From Trueperaceae bacterium (GTDB lineage Bacteria; Deinococcota; Deinococci; Deinococcales; Trueperaceae), in NCBI GenBank assembly GCA_034520945.1, contig JAXHNB010000006.1, positions 384,001 to 448,000 on the forward strand: 64,000 nucleotides of DNA, written 5' to 3'. The notes beneath the pieces were generated by a model. It was given only the letters and a program-made list of their open reading frames with translations. It searched no databases and was not told the DNA's origin. Made by a program: the position numbers and the translations under genes. Positions within the stretch are counted from its first letter, which is position 1; every line of letters starts with the position of its first letter. Shown in pieces: positions 12,219-21,867 of this stretch.

Positions 12219-13070
12219 ATGATCCGACTGCTGGTGAGCGTGTCGCTGCTCATGTTCCTGAGCCTGGCGGCCGCGCAACCGATCCAGGACTACGATGTCG
12301 TGTGTCGCGCCGACGTGAGCGAGGAAGAGAGCGGCACCAACGACACGGCGGCCATCGAGGTCGACGATGAGGAGGACGGCGACGAGGTGATCGGCGTCGC
12401 GAGCAACGTCAACGGCACGTGGCACGTGTCGTTGGACCGTGACGCGAACTGCGATGAAGGTGAGGTCGTCCTGGTTCCTTACGGCGACGAGGAGGACACG
12501 GAACTCCACGCTGAGGTCACCGACGAGGACGGCTCCTCGATGCTTACGATCCACGAGCCCGTCGAGTACGAGACGGAAGGTACCGACGACGTCGCGGGCA
12601 CCGAGGAGGACGGCACGAGCGAAACGACCCATGAGGGCGAGTCGCCGGACGAACCGACCGAGGTCGAAGCGAACGAGGTGCCCGACGTCGCCATCGAAGG
12701 CAAGCGGCGCGCCCGCGAGAACCGGAACGAGGCCTGGGACGGCCGCGGTGGCCGGCCCGACTGGGCGGGCGGCGACGATGAGGAAGACGAGGACGCCGAA
12801 GTGTCCGAGGAGTCCGAAGGGGACAACGGGGACGAGGAGGACGCGGCCGAGCCGCCCGACGCCGAGGAGGTCGCCGGTGAGCGGGACGAAAACGGTGAAC
12901 GCCGCGGCCCACCCGACTTCGCCGGTCCGCCGAACGGTGACGGCGACCAAGAGGACAACGATGACGACGAGGACGAGGACGACGACGATGATGATCGCGG
13001 GCCGCCCGAAGGCCGCGGAGGTCCTCCGGGCGACGGCGCAGGTCCGCCGGACGCCCCCGAGCGTCCCTGA
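12219..13070 (+). CDS. Secreted, very acidic low-complexity protein
   Basis: GGGAGG RBS, signal peptide, D/E-rich, repeated (R)GPPD/E motifs. Confidence 0.8.
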   Translation: MIRLLVSVSLLMFLSLAAAQPIQDYDVVCRADVSEEESGTNDTAAIEVDDEEDGDEVIGVASNVNGTWHVSLDRDANCDEGEVVLVPYGDEEDTELHAEVTDEDGSSMLTIHEPVEYETEGTDDVAGTEEDGTSETTHEGESPDEPTEVEANEVPDVAIEGKRRARENRNEAWDGRGGRPDWAGGDDEEDEDAEVSEESEGDNGDEEDAAEPPDAEEVAGERDENGERRGPPDFAGPPNGDGDQEDNDDDEDEDDDDDDRGPPEGRGGPPGDGAGPPDAPERP

Positions 13071-13384
13071 AGGAACGCCCCGGGTTTTGCGCGCGTCAAA
13101 GACCCCTCAGCTGATACCTGCTGGCCGCACTCGCGGCCGGCAGGTCTTTGTGTGGTGCGGGCGCGTCGCCGCGGCGCGACGCCCTTGCGGCGCAGTCCGA
13201 TGAGCATGAGGCCACGGCTGGAGTCCCGTGACACATGATTGGATCGAGTCGTTGCCGCGACTGAAGGAGGCTGGCGGTGGTAATCGCCTACTGAGAGGCA
13301 CGGGAGACGTCGCGCTTCCGGCACCACCCACACGATGCGTGGTTCAAGAATCGGGGTCCGGACTCTCCGGTGGGAAACGTATGG

Positions 13385-13951
13385 CTAAAGGAGGTCGCCG
13401 AACTCTTGCAATTGGGCTGCCGTGCCAACGAGACCTTGATCTCTGAGCGTTGCCAGGTACTCGTCGACGCTATAAGGGGGCCTTTCGAGGCGCTCGCGAA
13501 TCCTTCGGATTGCGGGGCACACGACATTGGGGGCCAAATCCACCTGCTCACGCAAGAACGTGTCGGGGTCTTGCACGTCCAGACCATAGGGGTCGAGTGC
13601 CGTCGCGGGGAAGTCGCGCGCATTCCAGGTCACGATGACGTCACAGCGCCCCACGATGGCCGCCGCTAGCACATGTCGATCGTCGGGATCCGGCAGTTCC
13701 AGAGAAGGGATCAGGTGCTCGTACTCGGTGATCAGCGCATCGCGCGTGGCCTGATCCATTTTGGCGCGCGTACGCTCGAGGGCGGAACGGTCGCGGTGAG
13801 GTTCGTTGCGTAGGAGCGCCTCGATCCACTCATGGTGGATATCGGCGCTCCATCTCGCACGGAACAGGTCCGTGACGGCAAGTTCCAGCATCACGTCCCG
13901 GATGGGAGCGGGATAGAGGACGTTGGCATCCAGGAGCGCCGTGTAGGCCAT
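13385..13951 (-). CDS. PIN-domain protein (PIN_3-like toxin)
   Basis: ALLDANVLYP, LPDPDDRHVLAAAI, IVTWNARDFP motifs. Confidence 0.9.
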   Translation of the reverse strand: MAYTALLDANVLYPAPIRDVMLELAVTDLFRARWSADIHHEWIEALLRNEPHRDRSALERTRAKMDQATRDALITEYEHLIPSLELPDPDDRHVLAAAIVGRCDVIVTWNARDFPATALDPYGLDVQDPDTFLREQVDLAPNVVCPAIRRIRERLERPPYSVDEYLATLRDQGLVGTAAQLQEFGDLL

Positions 13952-13955
13952 CGCA

Positions 13956-14411
13956 TCAGTAGCCGTCGCCTTGCTCTTGCGCTTCGCGCGTGAGCTCCTC
14001 GAGGACCGCTTCGCGCTCCTGGTCGACGCGCCGCTTGTACGCCATCACATCTTCCAGGCGAACGCGACGGTGCGTCCCTACCTTCCGGTAGGGGATGTCC
14101 CCCTCCTCCAGGAGCTTGACGAGGAAGGGCCGGGAGACGTTGAGGACGTCTGCCGCCTGAACGGTGGTGAGCTCGGCGCTTTCAGGCATGAGGGTGACTC
14201 CGCGGCCCGCCGCCATGGCGTCGAGGATGTCCATGAGGAGACCCACAGCCCCGGCGGGCAATTCGATCGGCTCGCCCCGCCCTTCCTCGGCAACATGGAG
14301 CATGAGGGGGCGCCGCGCCTCCGCATAGCGGGACAGGCGCTGCCCCGAGGCGCGGGCGAGGGCGCTGTCCTGTGGACTCGGAGGGAGTTCACGGTGTACA
14401 TGCATGGTCAT
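13956..14411 (-). CDS. Excisionase-type HTH DNA-binding protein (antitoxin partner of the PIN gene)
   Basis: ELTTVQAADVLNVSRPFLVKLLEEGDIPYRKVGTHRRV. Confidence 0.88.
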   Translation of the reverse strand: MTMHVHRELPPSPQDSALARASGQRLSRYAEARRPLMLHVAEEGRGEPIELPAGAVGLLMDILDAMAAGRGVTLMPESAELTTVQAADVLNVSRPFLVKLLEEGDIPYRKVGTHRRVRLEDVMAYKRRVDQEREAVLEELTREAQEQGDGY

Positions 14412-14620
14412 GGCACCTCCTTCGTCACCACGCCATCCTAGCACAAGTGAAATATGTGAAACAGATGCTCTATGTGACGCGGCGCCGGCTCACCACGCAA
14501 TGTTCAGGCACGTCACCGGCACTTCACTGGGGTGATCATGATTCGGCCACCCAGACGATGCACGGTGCGCGATCGGTCGATGATGCCACCGGCTGTGTCG
14601 GCCCCACGAACAGCGCCAGC

Positions 14621-14750
14621 GCGTTGCGCACTCACGATTCCGAACGCTGGCGCACGGGAGTCGACATCAAGCTCGTCCTCGAGCGCACGGGCCACGTCAG
14701 TCCCAGAAGCAAATCGAGCACGCACGAGCAGCTGTTGCGAAGCGATCGGG
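14621..14750 (+). pseudogene. Degenerate tyrosine integrase C-terminal relic
   Basis: LRTHDSERWRTGVDIKLVLERTGH resembles the LRHT..T..L..GVD.K.V.ERLGH box; ~230 bp from an att copy. Confidence 0.5.
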
Positions 14751-14974
14751 GCGCGGTCTCGCCGCCGCAGCATCGACGTGATCGATGCGTACTACGAGCA
14801 CCGTCACCTACCATGGTAACCGCGTTCCAATCGTCGCGGCACGTCGAAGACCCGAATCGCGTGGCACTTTGCTTTGGACTTTCGAAACGTGCGTGGGCAA
14901 CGAGTGGACCCGTGGAACCATGCCATTCACGGTCTGCATCCCAAAAAAGGAATCCCCTCAGGGACGGGACTCGA

Positions 14975-15019
14975 TGGTGGGTCGTGTAGAACTCGAACCT
15001 ACAACCAGCTGATTAAGAG
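14975..15019 (-). repeat. att-like copy of the tRNA-Lys 3' half
   Basis: Matches 41025-41069 with 1 mismatch. Confidence 0.92.
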
Positions 15020-15404
15020 CCTGGATCGCACCAGTGTCTTGAGGACCGTCGTAGTCCGTCCTGAACGTATTTGTTGGCTCTACCGTTCACGTCGCATAGC
15101 ACTCCATATCCGCCCGTATGACTGCGTGTCGAGGGGGTTCGCACACTGGCTCGCACGCCGCTGCTTCCTTCCTGTTGGCTAGCTCGTTCTGCGCAAGGAT
15201 CGTTGGAGTCTTGGTGCGAAACATGGCGTCGGAGCCATCAAAACCTCTCGCTCCCAAGCCTCTCGGGGCGGCCGTAGTGACTGGACTCTCGGACGCATGC
15301 ATCGCACCAGGCGACGGAGAGCGGGTCAACAGTGAGCAAGCCAACGCTGACAGTCGAGTCGATGAATGCGATCGAGGTGCTTTTGGCAAGTGGCGCGCCG
15401 TGCT

Positions 15405-15690
15405 GCACGTTGCTGCCGATCGTCGAGCCCGAGGTGCTGATGGACGGCGACCACGACATCGATTGCTGCTTCGATGCGACCGAGGCGACGTTGCGCGAGG
15501 CCCTCTACCAGCTTGCGCAGCAGGGGGTGGACCTCGAGGGGGTGATCTTGAAGCCGAACATGGTGCTGTCGGGCTCCGAGGCGAGCGACCGGCTCGGACC
15601 GGAGACGGTCGCCGAGATGACGCTCACCTGCTTCTCGCATACGGTTCCCGACGCGGTCCCTGGCATCGCCTTCCTGTCGGGCGGGGGAGG
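15405..15690 (+). pseudogene. Class I fructose-bisphosphate aldolase fragment
   Basis: PIVEPEVLMDGDH, LKPNMVLSG and VPGIAFLSGG motifs; both termini missing. Confidence 0.8.
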
Positions 15691-15981
15691 GCTCGAGACT
15701 TCGGTGCACACGGTCGTGCCGATCGGCTGGGTGGCCGCCTGGCAGGCGATCGCCCGGGCCGACGCGAACGTGGACACGCCCTTTGCTCGCAAGGCGCGCT
15801 CGAGCTTCGTCGCGGGGTGAGCCATCGCCCGTCCTCTACACTCGGGTATGCCTCTTCGACCTGAACTCGTCATCGGTAGCAGCTCCGGCGTCGGCACCGC
15901 GACCGCGCCCTACCTGGCCAAGCGTGGTGAGGCCGTCGACGTAACGGTCCCGAACGACGCGGACGCGTCGTCCGGGGGTTC

Positions 15982-16971
15982 GTGACGCCCGTGGTGGACG
16001 CGCCCTGGGAGAAGCGCACCATCTTGCTCACCGGCGCGACGGGCTTCGTCGGCAGGGCGGTACGACCCGCTCTGGAAGCCGCCGGGTGGCACGTTCGCGG
16101 CCTCACGCGTGACGCCGCACGAGCGGCCGAGCACGCACCCGACGTGGACTGGTTCGAGGGCGACGTCGCTGACCGTGATTCGATGGCCAGCGCGCTCGAG
16201 GGCGCCCACGCGGCTCTATACCTGGTGCACGGTATCCGCGAAGGCGCCGGCTACCACGAGCGCGAGGTCGCAGCCGCCGCTGGCTTCGCCGCGGCGGCCG
16301 CCGCGGCCGGGGTCCAGCGGATCGTGTACCTGGGGGGCGTGGCGCCCACCGGTCCAGGGTCCGAGCACCTGCAGAGCCGGATCGAGGTGGGCGAGACGCT
16401 GCGGGCGGGCTCGGTGCCCACGATCGAGCTGCGCGCCAGCATGATCGTGGGTCACGGCAGCCTGAGCTGGCTCATCGTCCGCGACCTGGCGGCGCGGTTG
16501 CCGGTGATGATCCTGCCGCGCTGGCTCCGCTCGCGCACGGAGCCCGTGGCGGTCGACGACGTGGTCGTCGCGCTCGTGCGGGCGATGGACCTGCCGATCG
16601 AGGCGAACGCCTGGTTCGACGTGCCTGGACCCGAGATCCTCTCCGGCAAGGAGTTCCTCGACCGCACCGCCGTGCTGATGGGCTTGGGCGCGCCGCTGAG
16701 CATCGACGTTCCCTTCCTGAGCCCGCGCTTGTCGTCGCTGTGGATCCGGCTGGTGACGCGCGCCGACTGGTCGGTCGCCCGCGAGGTGGTGATCGGCCTC
16801 ACCGAGGACCTGCTGGCGCGCGACGACGACTTCTGGTCACGCATCGATCACCCGCAGCGCGTGAGTTTCGACGAGGCGGCGCGCCGAGCGCTGGCCGCGG
16901 AACGAGGAGCGCGACCCGCGCGGGGATTCTGGGCGCTCGTCGAGCGCGCGCGAGGGGTGGGATCACGGTGA
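15982..16971 (+). CDS. NAD(P)H-binding atypical SDR (YbjT-like)
   Basis: ILLTGATGFVG, YLVHG, IVYLGG and LRASMIVG motifs. Confidence 0.85.
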   Translation: MTPVVDAPWEKRTILLTGATGFVGRAVRPALEAAGWHVRGLTRDAARAAEHAPDVDWFEGDVADRDSMASALEGAHAALYLVHGIREGAGYHEREVAAAAGFAAAAAAAGVQRIVYLGGVAPTGPGSEHLQSRIEVGETLRAGSVPTIELRASMIVGHGSLSWLIVRDLAARLPVMILPRWLRSRTEPVAVDDVVVALVRAMDLPIEANAWFDVPGPEILSGKEFLDRTAVLMGLGAPLSIDVPFLSPRLSSLWIRLVTRADWSVAREVVIGLTEDLLARDDDFWSRIDHPQRVSFDEAARRALAAERGARPARGFWALVERARGVGSR

Positions 16972-17371
16972 AGCCCGGCGATCAGGGTGGCTGAAGCGCG
17001 CTCGTCCGGCGGCGCGGTGCGATCGCCCTCGCCTCGCCCTCGCGTGCGTGAGCTCCTTGGGCAGGGACCCACGCGCGCAGCGACCGAACGGTACGCGACC
17101 CCGTCACGCGCAAACCACGGGCCGCACCGGACCTCGTTCTCGAGGCCAGCGACGACCGGCATCCGAACGAAGTCCACGCTGGGGCCCGTGGTGGCAGCCT
17201 TCGTCTTCGCGCTCGGGGCCGTGGCGGGGGCGGCGCTGCTGGCGCCGTTGCTCGAGCCCCTGCCGGCGAGCATTCTGCGTGGCCGGCGAACGCCTCGGGT
17301 CCTGAAAGATCGTCGGGGGAGCGCTGGTCCTGGGCGCCACCATGCTGGAGCTCTGGCCCATGCACGGAAGA

Positions 17372-17562
17372 CGCGGCCGCCGCTTGCGGGTGGTCGTCCC
17401 GTACCAGGTCGAGATCGGCCGCCTTCGCGTTGGCCTTGACCTGCTCGACGCTCTTGCAGCTGGGGATGACGCAGGTGACGGCCGGGTGCTGCAGGCACCA
17501 CGCCAGCGCCCAGGCGGCCATGTCGCCCCCTCCGGCACCTCCTGGTGGCGGATCCGTTCGGC
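17372..17562 (-). repeat. Diverged duplicate of the AKR 3' region (partner ~10265-10456)
   Basis: DMAAWALAWCLQHPAVTCVIPSCKSVEQVKANAKAADLDLVRDDHPQA versus the AKR C-terminus. Confidence 0.9.
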
Positions 17563-17783
17563 GACGATGGCGAGGAATAGGGCGGCCCCGAAGGAGGCAA
17601 CGTTGGCGGACGAACGGCTCGACGGTACGGATCTGGCGACGCCAGGGAAGCATGCTTGGCCCGAGCGGGTTTCCCCGCGAGCGGCGGCTGGCGTGACACG
17701 ATCGCCAGCGCGAAGGCAGTTCCTGGCAGTGGCCTACGTCCTACATGTGGTGCTGCAAAAATACCGTTTGCTAACATATTCGT

Positions 17784-19620
17784 ATGCCGGAAGCTTCGCG
17801 AAAGCGCGTTCTGATGCTCGGGGAGTGTGCGACCCTGCTTGATGGCGTGCAAGACGCGCTCTTCGTGACAGATTCGGCCGGTGCCGTGGTCTTCATGAAC
17901 GAGGCCGCCAAACGCCTACACGGCTTCGCGGACCGGGTCGAGAGCGGCAACCACATCGCCAATCTGCTTGACCATGTCCGTGAGGTGTTCGAGATTCGTA
18001 CCCTCGACGGACGGGCCGTCGCCGACGGGGACCAGCCCGTGGTGCGGGCCTTGCGAGGCGAGCCCTTCAAGGACGTGGAGTTGCTCGTGAGACGGGTCGG
18101 AGACGACGACGCGCGAGTCTGCGTGTTCAACGGTAGCGTAATCGAGGGGGATGCGCCCCTGTCGCTTCTCACGGTGCGCGACGAGACCGATCGCTATCGC
18201 TCCGAGCGGCGCTATCGCGTTGCCTTCGAGGCCGATCCAGCACCCTCCGTCATCGTTCGCTTGTCGGACCTACGTATCCTTGATTCCAACGAGGGCATGG
18301 CGGGCCTCACGGGCCTGGCGAAGGACGACCTCGAGGGCGGCCTGCTCACCGATCTCGACCCGCGCAACCAGAACGATGCCCTGTACGCCGCGGTGGAGGG
18401 GTTGAAGGATGGTACTCGGCTTCACAAACTGAAGTGCCCGCTGGTCGCGTCCGACGGCAGCGAGAAGCACGTGCTCGTCTCTGCGCGCGCGATCGAGGTC
18501 GATGGACGAGCGTGCGCCATCTTCACGTACCTCGATATCAGCGAACTCGAGGCGGTGCAGCGAGAACTCCAAGCGTCCGTGCTGGGATTGCGTGCGGAGC
18601 GGGAACACGCCGAGGCGGAGGCGGCGCGGTGGGCGTCGGTCCTCGAACAGGCGCCAAGCCTGACGGCGGTGCTCGAAGGGCCGGATCACCTCTTCGTCGC
18701 CGCGAACGAGAGGTACGTGCGTTTCTTCGGCGATCAGGAGCTCCTCGGGCGGCGCCTGGTCGACGTCATGCCGGAGGTCGAGGCTCAAGGCGTCATCGCC
18801 CTTCTGGATCAGGTCTATTCGACGGTCGCAGGTCTATTCGACGGGCGAGTCCTTCGTCGCGCACGAGATGGCGATCGACCTGGATCCGTTGGGGCGCGGC
18901 GCACCGGCGCGCTACTACTACGACCTCGTCTATCAGCCGCTCCGTGACGGCCGATCGATCCGGGGCGTCGTAGTCCAAGCCGTCGACATCACGGAGCAAG
19001 TCAAAGGGCGCATTGTCGCCGAGCAGCTAAGCGAGGAATTGCGGGCCGCCTACGACAAGACGATCGAGGGGTGGGCTCGCGCGTTGGACCTCAAGGACCA
19101 CGAGACGGCGGGTCACTCCCAGCGCGTCACGACCCTGACCGTCGAGCTGAGTCGACGGATGGGCCTCTCCGAGGACGACATCGAGCACATTCGACGCGGA
19201 GCACTGCTCCACGATATCGGCAAGATGGGCGTGCCAGACAGAATTCTGCTCAAACCTGGCGCGCTCTCGGCGGACGAGTGGGAGATCATGAAGCGCCACA
19301 CGCAGTACGCCCACGACTTGCTCTACCCCATCGAGCGCCTGCGGCCGGCCATCGACATCCCCTACCGCCACCACGAGAAGTGGGACGGCAGCGGGTATCC
19401 TCACGGGCTCGCCGGCACGGCCATTCCCATCAGCGCGAGGATCTTCGCCGTCGTGGACGTCTTCGATGCCCTGACGAGCGACCGGCCCTACCGTTCGGCC
19501 TGGACCCGCGACGAGGCGCTCTCCTACGTCGCGGAGAACGCCGGCACGCACTTCGACCCCGACGTCGTCGACGCGTTCATGGACCCCAAGACTCCTGTTC
19601 TGGGTAAGAACGCTCCGTAG
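17784..19620 (+). pseudogene. Multi-PAS HD-GYP c-di-GMP phosphodiesterase, frameshifted by a duplication at 18810-18844
   Basis: PAS domains, then HSQRV, LLHDIGK, HHEKWDGSGYP and DRPYR. Removing 19 bp fuses the two ORFs. Confidence 0.88.
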
Positions 19621-19830
19621 TGCTGGCGGGCCGACTCCGCGCTTCGAGACGAGGCACGTCCAGAGCGTAGCCTCTCGGCACCCAGCGCAGTTTCGCTGAG
19701 CGCAGCCCCGTGCGCCGGATCGGCTTGGAGCCGCAGGGTGAGGACGGCGATGCCGGCGAGCAGCTCGGGGTAGGCGTGGCCTTGCATCGCGCTCAGGTCG
19801 ATGACGCTGGCGACACGGGTAGGCTGAGCC

Positions 19831-20202
19831 ATGTTCTCGGGCATCCATCACGTCGCCGTCCGCGTTACCGACCTTGAACGCTCCATCGGCTTCTACGAGC
19901 GCCACTTCGGCTTCGGCGTCGTCGATCGCGCCTCGCTCGCGAACGGCGCGAAGATCGCCTTCCTCGCGCCGCCGGACGGCGGAGCCCAGCTCGAGCTGAT
20001 CGCCGGCCTCTCCGACCACCTGGACGGCGATGGTCTCGTGCACCACATCGCGTTCCAGGCCGACGACGTGACGGCCGCCTTCGAGCGGCTGCGCGATGCG
20101 GGGGTGCCGCTGCTCGACGAGGCGGTGCAGACCTTGGAGAGTGGGCGCCAGCTGTTCTCGTTCCGAGGCCCCGACGGAGAGCTGTTGCAGGTCACCGGGT
20201 AG
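19831..20202 (+). CDS. VOC/glyoxalase family protein
   Basis: IHHVAVRVTDLERSIGFY, HHIAF and GPDGELLQ motifs. Confidence 0.9.
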   Translation: MFSGIHHVAVRVTDLERSIGFYERHFGFGVVDRASLANGAKIAFLAPPDGGAQLELIAGLSDHLDGDGLVHHIAFQADDVTAAFERLRDAGVPLLDEAVQTLESGRQLFSFRGPDGELLQVTG

Positions 20203-20409
20203 GCCCACCGGCGACGCTGCTGCCGCGTTCCGCGATCCGGGGCGCGCGATTCCCGACGCGGCGTCGGCGCAGCGGAAGGTAGGAATGGCGTCTGCCGTGG
20301 AGCAGCCGCTCACGGCGTCGACGGGGTCTCGAACGCCTCCTTCAGGAGGCGAGGCAACAGCTCGCCCGAGGGGCCGATCAAGCGGTATGCGACCGGAGTC
20401 GGCGTCCGA

Positions 20410-20750
20410 CCACGCTTCGCTGGGAAGCATCTCGCCGAACCACACGACGTTGGGACGGAGCCACCCGCCGTCCGGTCCCGGCTGCGGATAGGAGGCGAAC
20501 GGCACCGGCTCAGGCGTCACCTTACGGCCCGAGCGGTGGTCGCGCCACACCGTGATGCTGCCGTGGAGTTCCACCAGCGCCTTGCTGCCGGCGCGTCGGT
20601 GCAGGCCGTCGACGTTCTGCGTCAGCAGCGCGAAGCGTCCACCGGCGTCCACGACCTGCCGCTCCAGCGCGGCGATCGCGTGGTGTCCTGCGTTGGGCTC
20701 AGCGGCAAGGGCCGCCAAGCGGCGCGCGTCGACCCGTGTTTCGCGCGACG
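20410..20750 (-). pseudogene. Sir2/CobB NAD-dependent deacylase fragment
   Basis: PNAGH, TQNVDGLH..AGS, ELHGS and LRPNVVWFGE motifs; truncated at both ends. Confidence 0.85.
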
Positions 20751-20763
20751 GAAGGCTCCCAGG

Positions 20764-20792
20764 GTGACTACAACGTGATAAGATGTAGTCAC
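20764..20792. promoter_or_regulatory. Putative TA operator (GTGACTACA-N11-TGTAGTCAC)
   Basis: Perfect 9-bp inverted repeat upstream of the Phd gene. Confidence 0.6.
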
Positions 20793-20820
20793 ATTAGGCC
20801 ATCTGGCATTGGGAGTTGCG

Positions 20821-21096
20821 ATGAAGCAGACGACCGTCAACGTTCGCGAGCTCAAGGCGCGCCTCTCGCATTACCTGCGGCTCACGAAGGCGGGGGAGGC
20901 CGTCGAGATCACGGAGCGAGGCGTCCCCATCGGGCGGATCGTCCCCGTCGCGGCGCCGATCGAGGACCGTATGGACGCCCTGGTGCGAAGCGGCTGGTTG
21001 CAGTGGGACGAGCGGCGGCTCCCGCGCACCGCACCCGTGGCGCGCACCCGCGGACCGCGCAGCGTGGCCGAGCTGCTCATCGAAGACCGCGAGTGA
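20821..21096 (+). CDS. Phd/YefM family antitoxin
   Basis: VNVRELKARLSHYLR...GEAVEITERGVPIGRIVP. Confidence 0.9.
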   Translation: MKQTTVNVRELKARLSHYLRLTKAGEAVEITERGVPIGRIVPVAAPIEDRMDALVRSGWLQWDERRLPRTAPVARTRGPRSVAELLIEDRE

Positions 21097-21530
21097 TCGT
21101 CTACCTCGACGCCAGCGCACTCGTCAAGCGCTACGTGGCCGAGACAAGCTCCGACGAGGTCGCAACGCTCGTCGACGCGGCTTCGGTGGTCGGCACGTCG
21201 GTCATCAGCCGCGCCGAGGTGGCCGCTGCGCTCGCCAAGGCCAGCCGGATGAACGTCGTGCCGCCTCGCGAGGCCGAGGTGGCGCTCCGTGCGTTCGGCG
21301 ACGAGTGGACGGCGCTCGCACGCCTGCAGATGACCGAGATGCTCGTCGCGCGGGCCGCTGCCGTCGCTTGGGACCATGGCTTGCGCGGCTACGACGCCGT
21401 GCACCTCGCCGCGGCGCTGTTCTGGCAGGACATGATGGGTGAGCGCGTCACGGTGGCGACGTTCGACCACCAACTGTGGAGGGCCGCACACACCACCTCG
21501 CTTGGCGCCTGGCCCGACGGGCTCGCGTAG
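21093..21530 (+). CDS. vapC: PIN-domain toxin (VapC)
   Basis: VYLDASALVKRY, LRGYDAVHLAAA and TFD motifs; GTGA overlap. Confidence 0.9.
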   Translation: MIVYLDASALVKRYVAETSSDEVATLVDAASVVGTSVISRAEVAAALAKASRMNVVPPREAEVALRAFGDEWTALARLQMTEMLVARAAAVAWDHGLRGYDAVHLAAALFWQDMMGERVTVATFDHQLWRAAHTTSLGAWPDGLA

Positions 21531-21633
21531 GCGATGTCGGCCGGGCAAGGCCCGGCGCGACGGTGGACCTACCGAGCGGCCCTCGCGTCGCCGACCACGC
21601 AGGACTGCGGCGATGCAGCGGGGGAATCGCCAG

Positions 21634-21813
21634 CTAAGCGACGGTCACCGCTTGCGGATGGTCGTCGTGTACGAGGCCCTCCTCGGGCACGATCGCTACG
21701 GCCACCTTCGTCGCGCGGTGGTCGTTCGGGCCATAGAAGGCGACCGTGGCGACCGGGTATCCCGCAAATTTGCGGTTCGCGCGCCTCCTCAAGGGCTTCC
21801 AGGGTCGCGGCAT
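21634..21813 (-). pseudogene. Chimeric relic: N-terminus of a hypothetical protein fused to an AKR tail
   Basis: GYPVATVAFYGPNDHRATKVAV followed by LVHDDHPQAV. Confidence 0.5.
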
Positions 21814-21867
21814 GGTTCCTAGCTTGGCACATGGGCGTCGCCACCGCGGGTTGGTAATCTTCGGGTC

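Noticed and set aside
11694..12950. 418-aa minus-strand ORF
   Set aside because: Only the last 82 aa are a real antitoxin; the rest is antisense to the acidic protein gene and intergenic DNA.
3440..21530. Integron cassette array
   Set aside because: Orientations are mixed, and I saw no repeated attC-like RYYYAAC..GTTRRRY sites or IntI.
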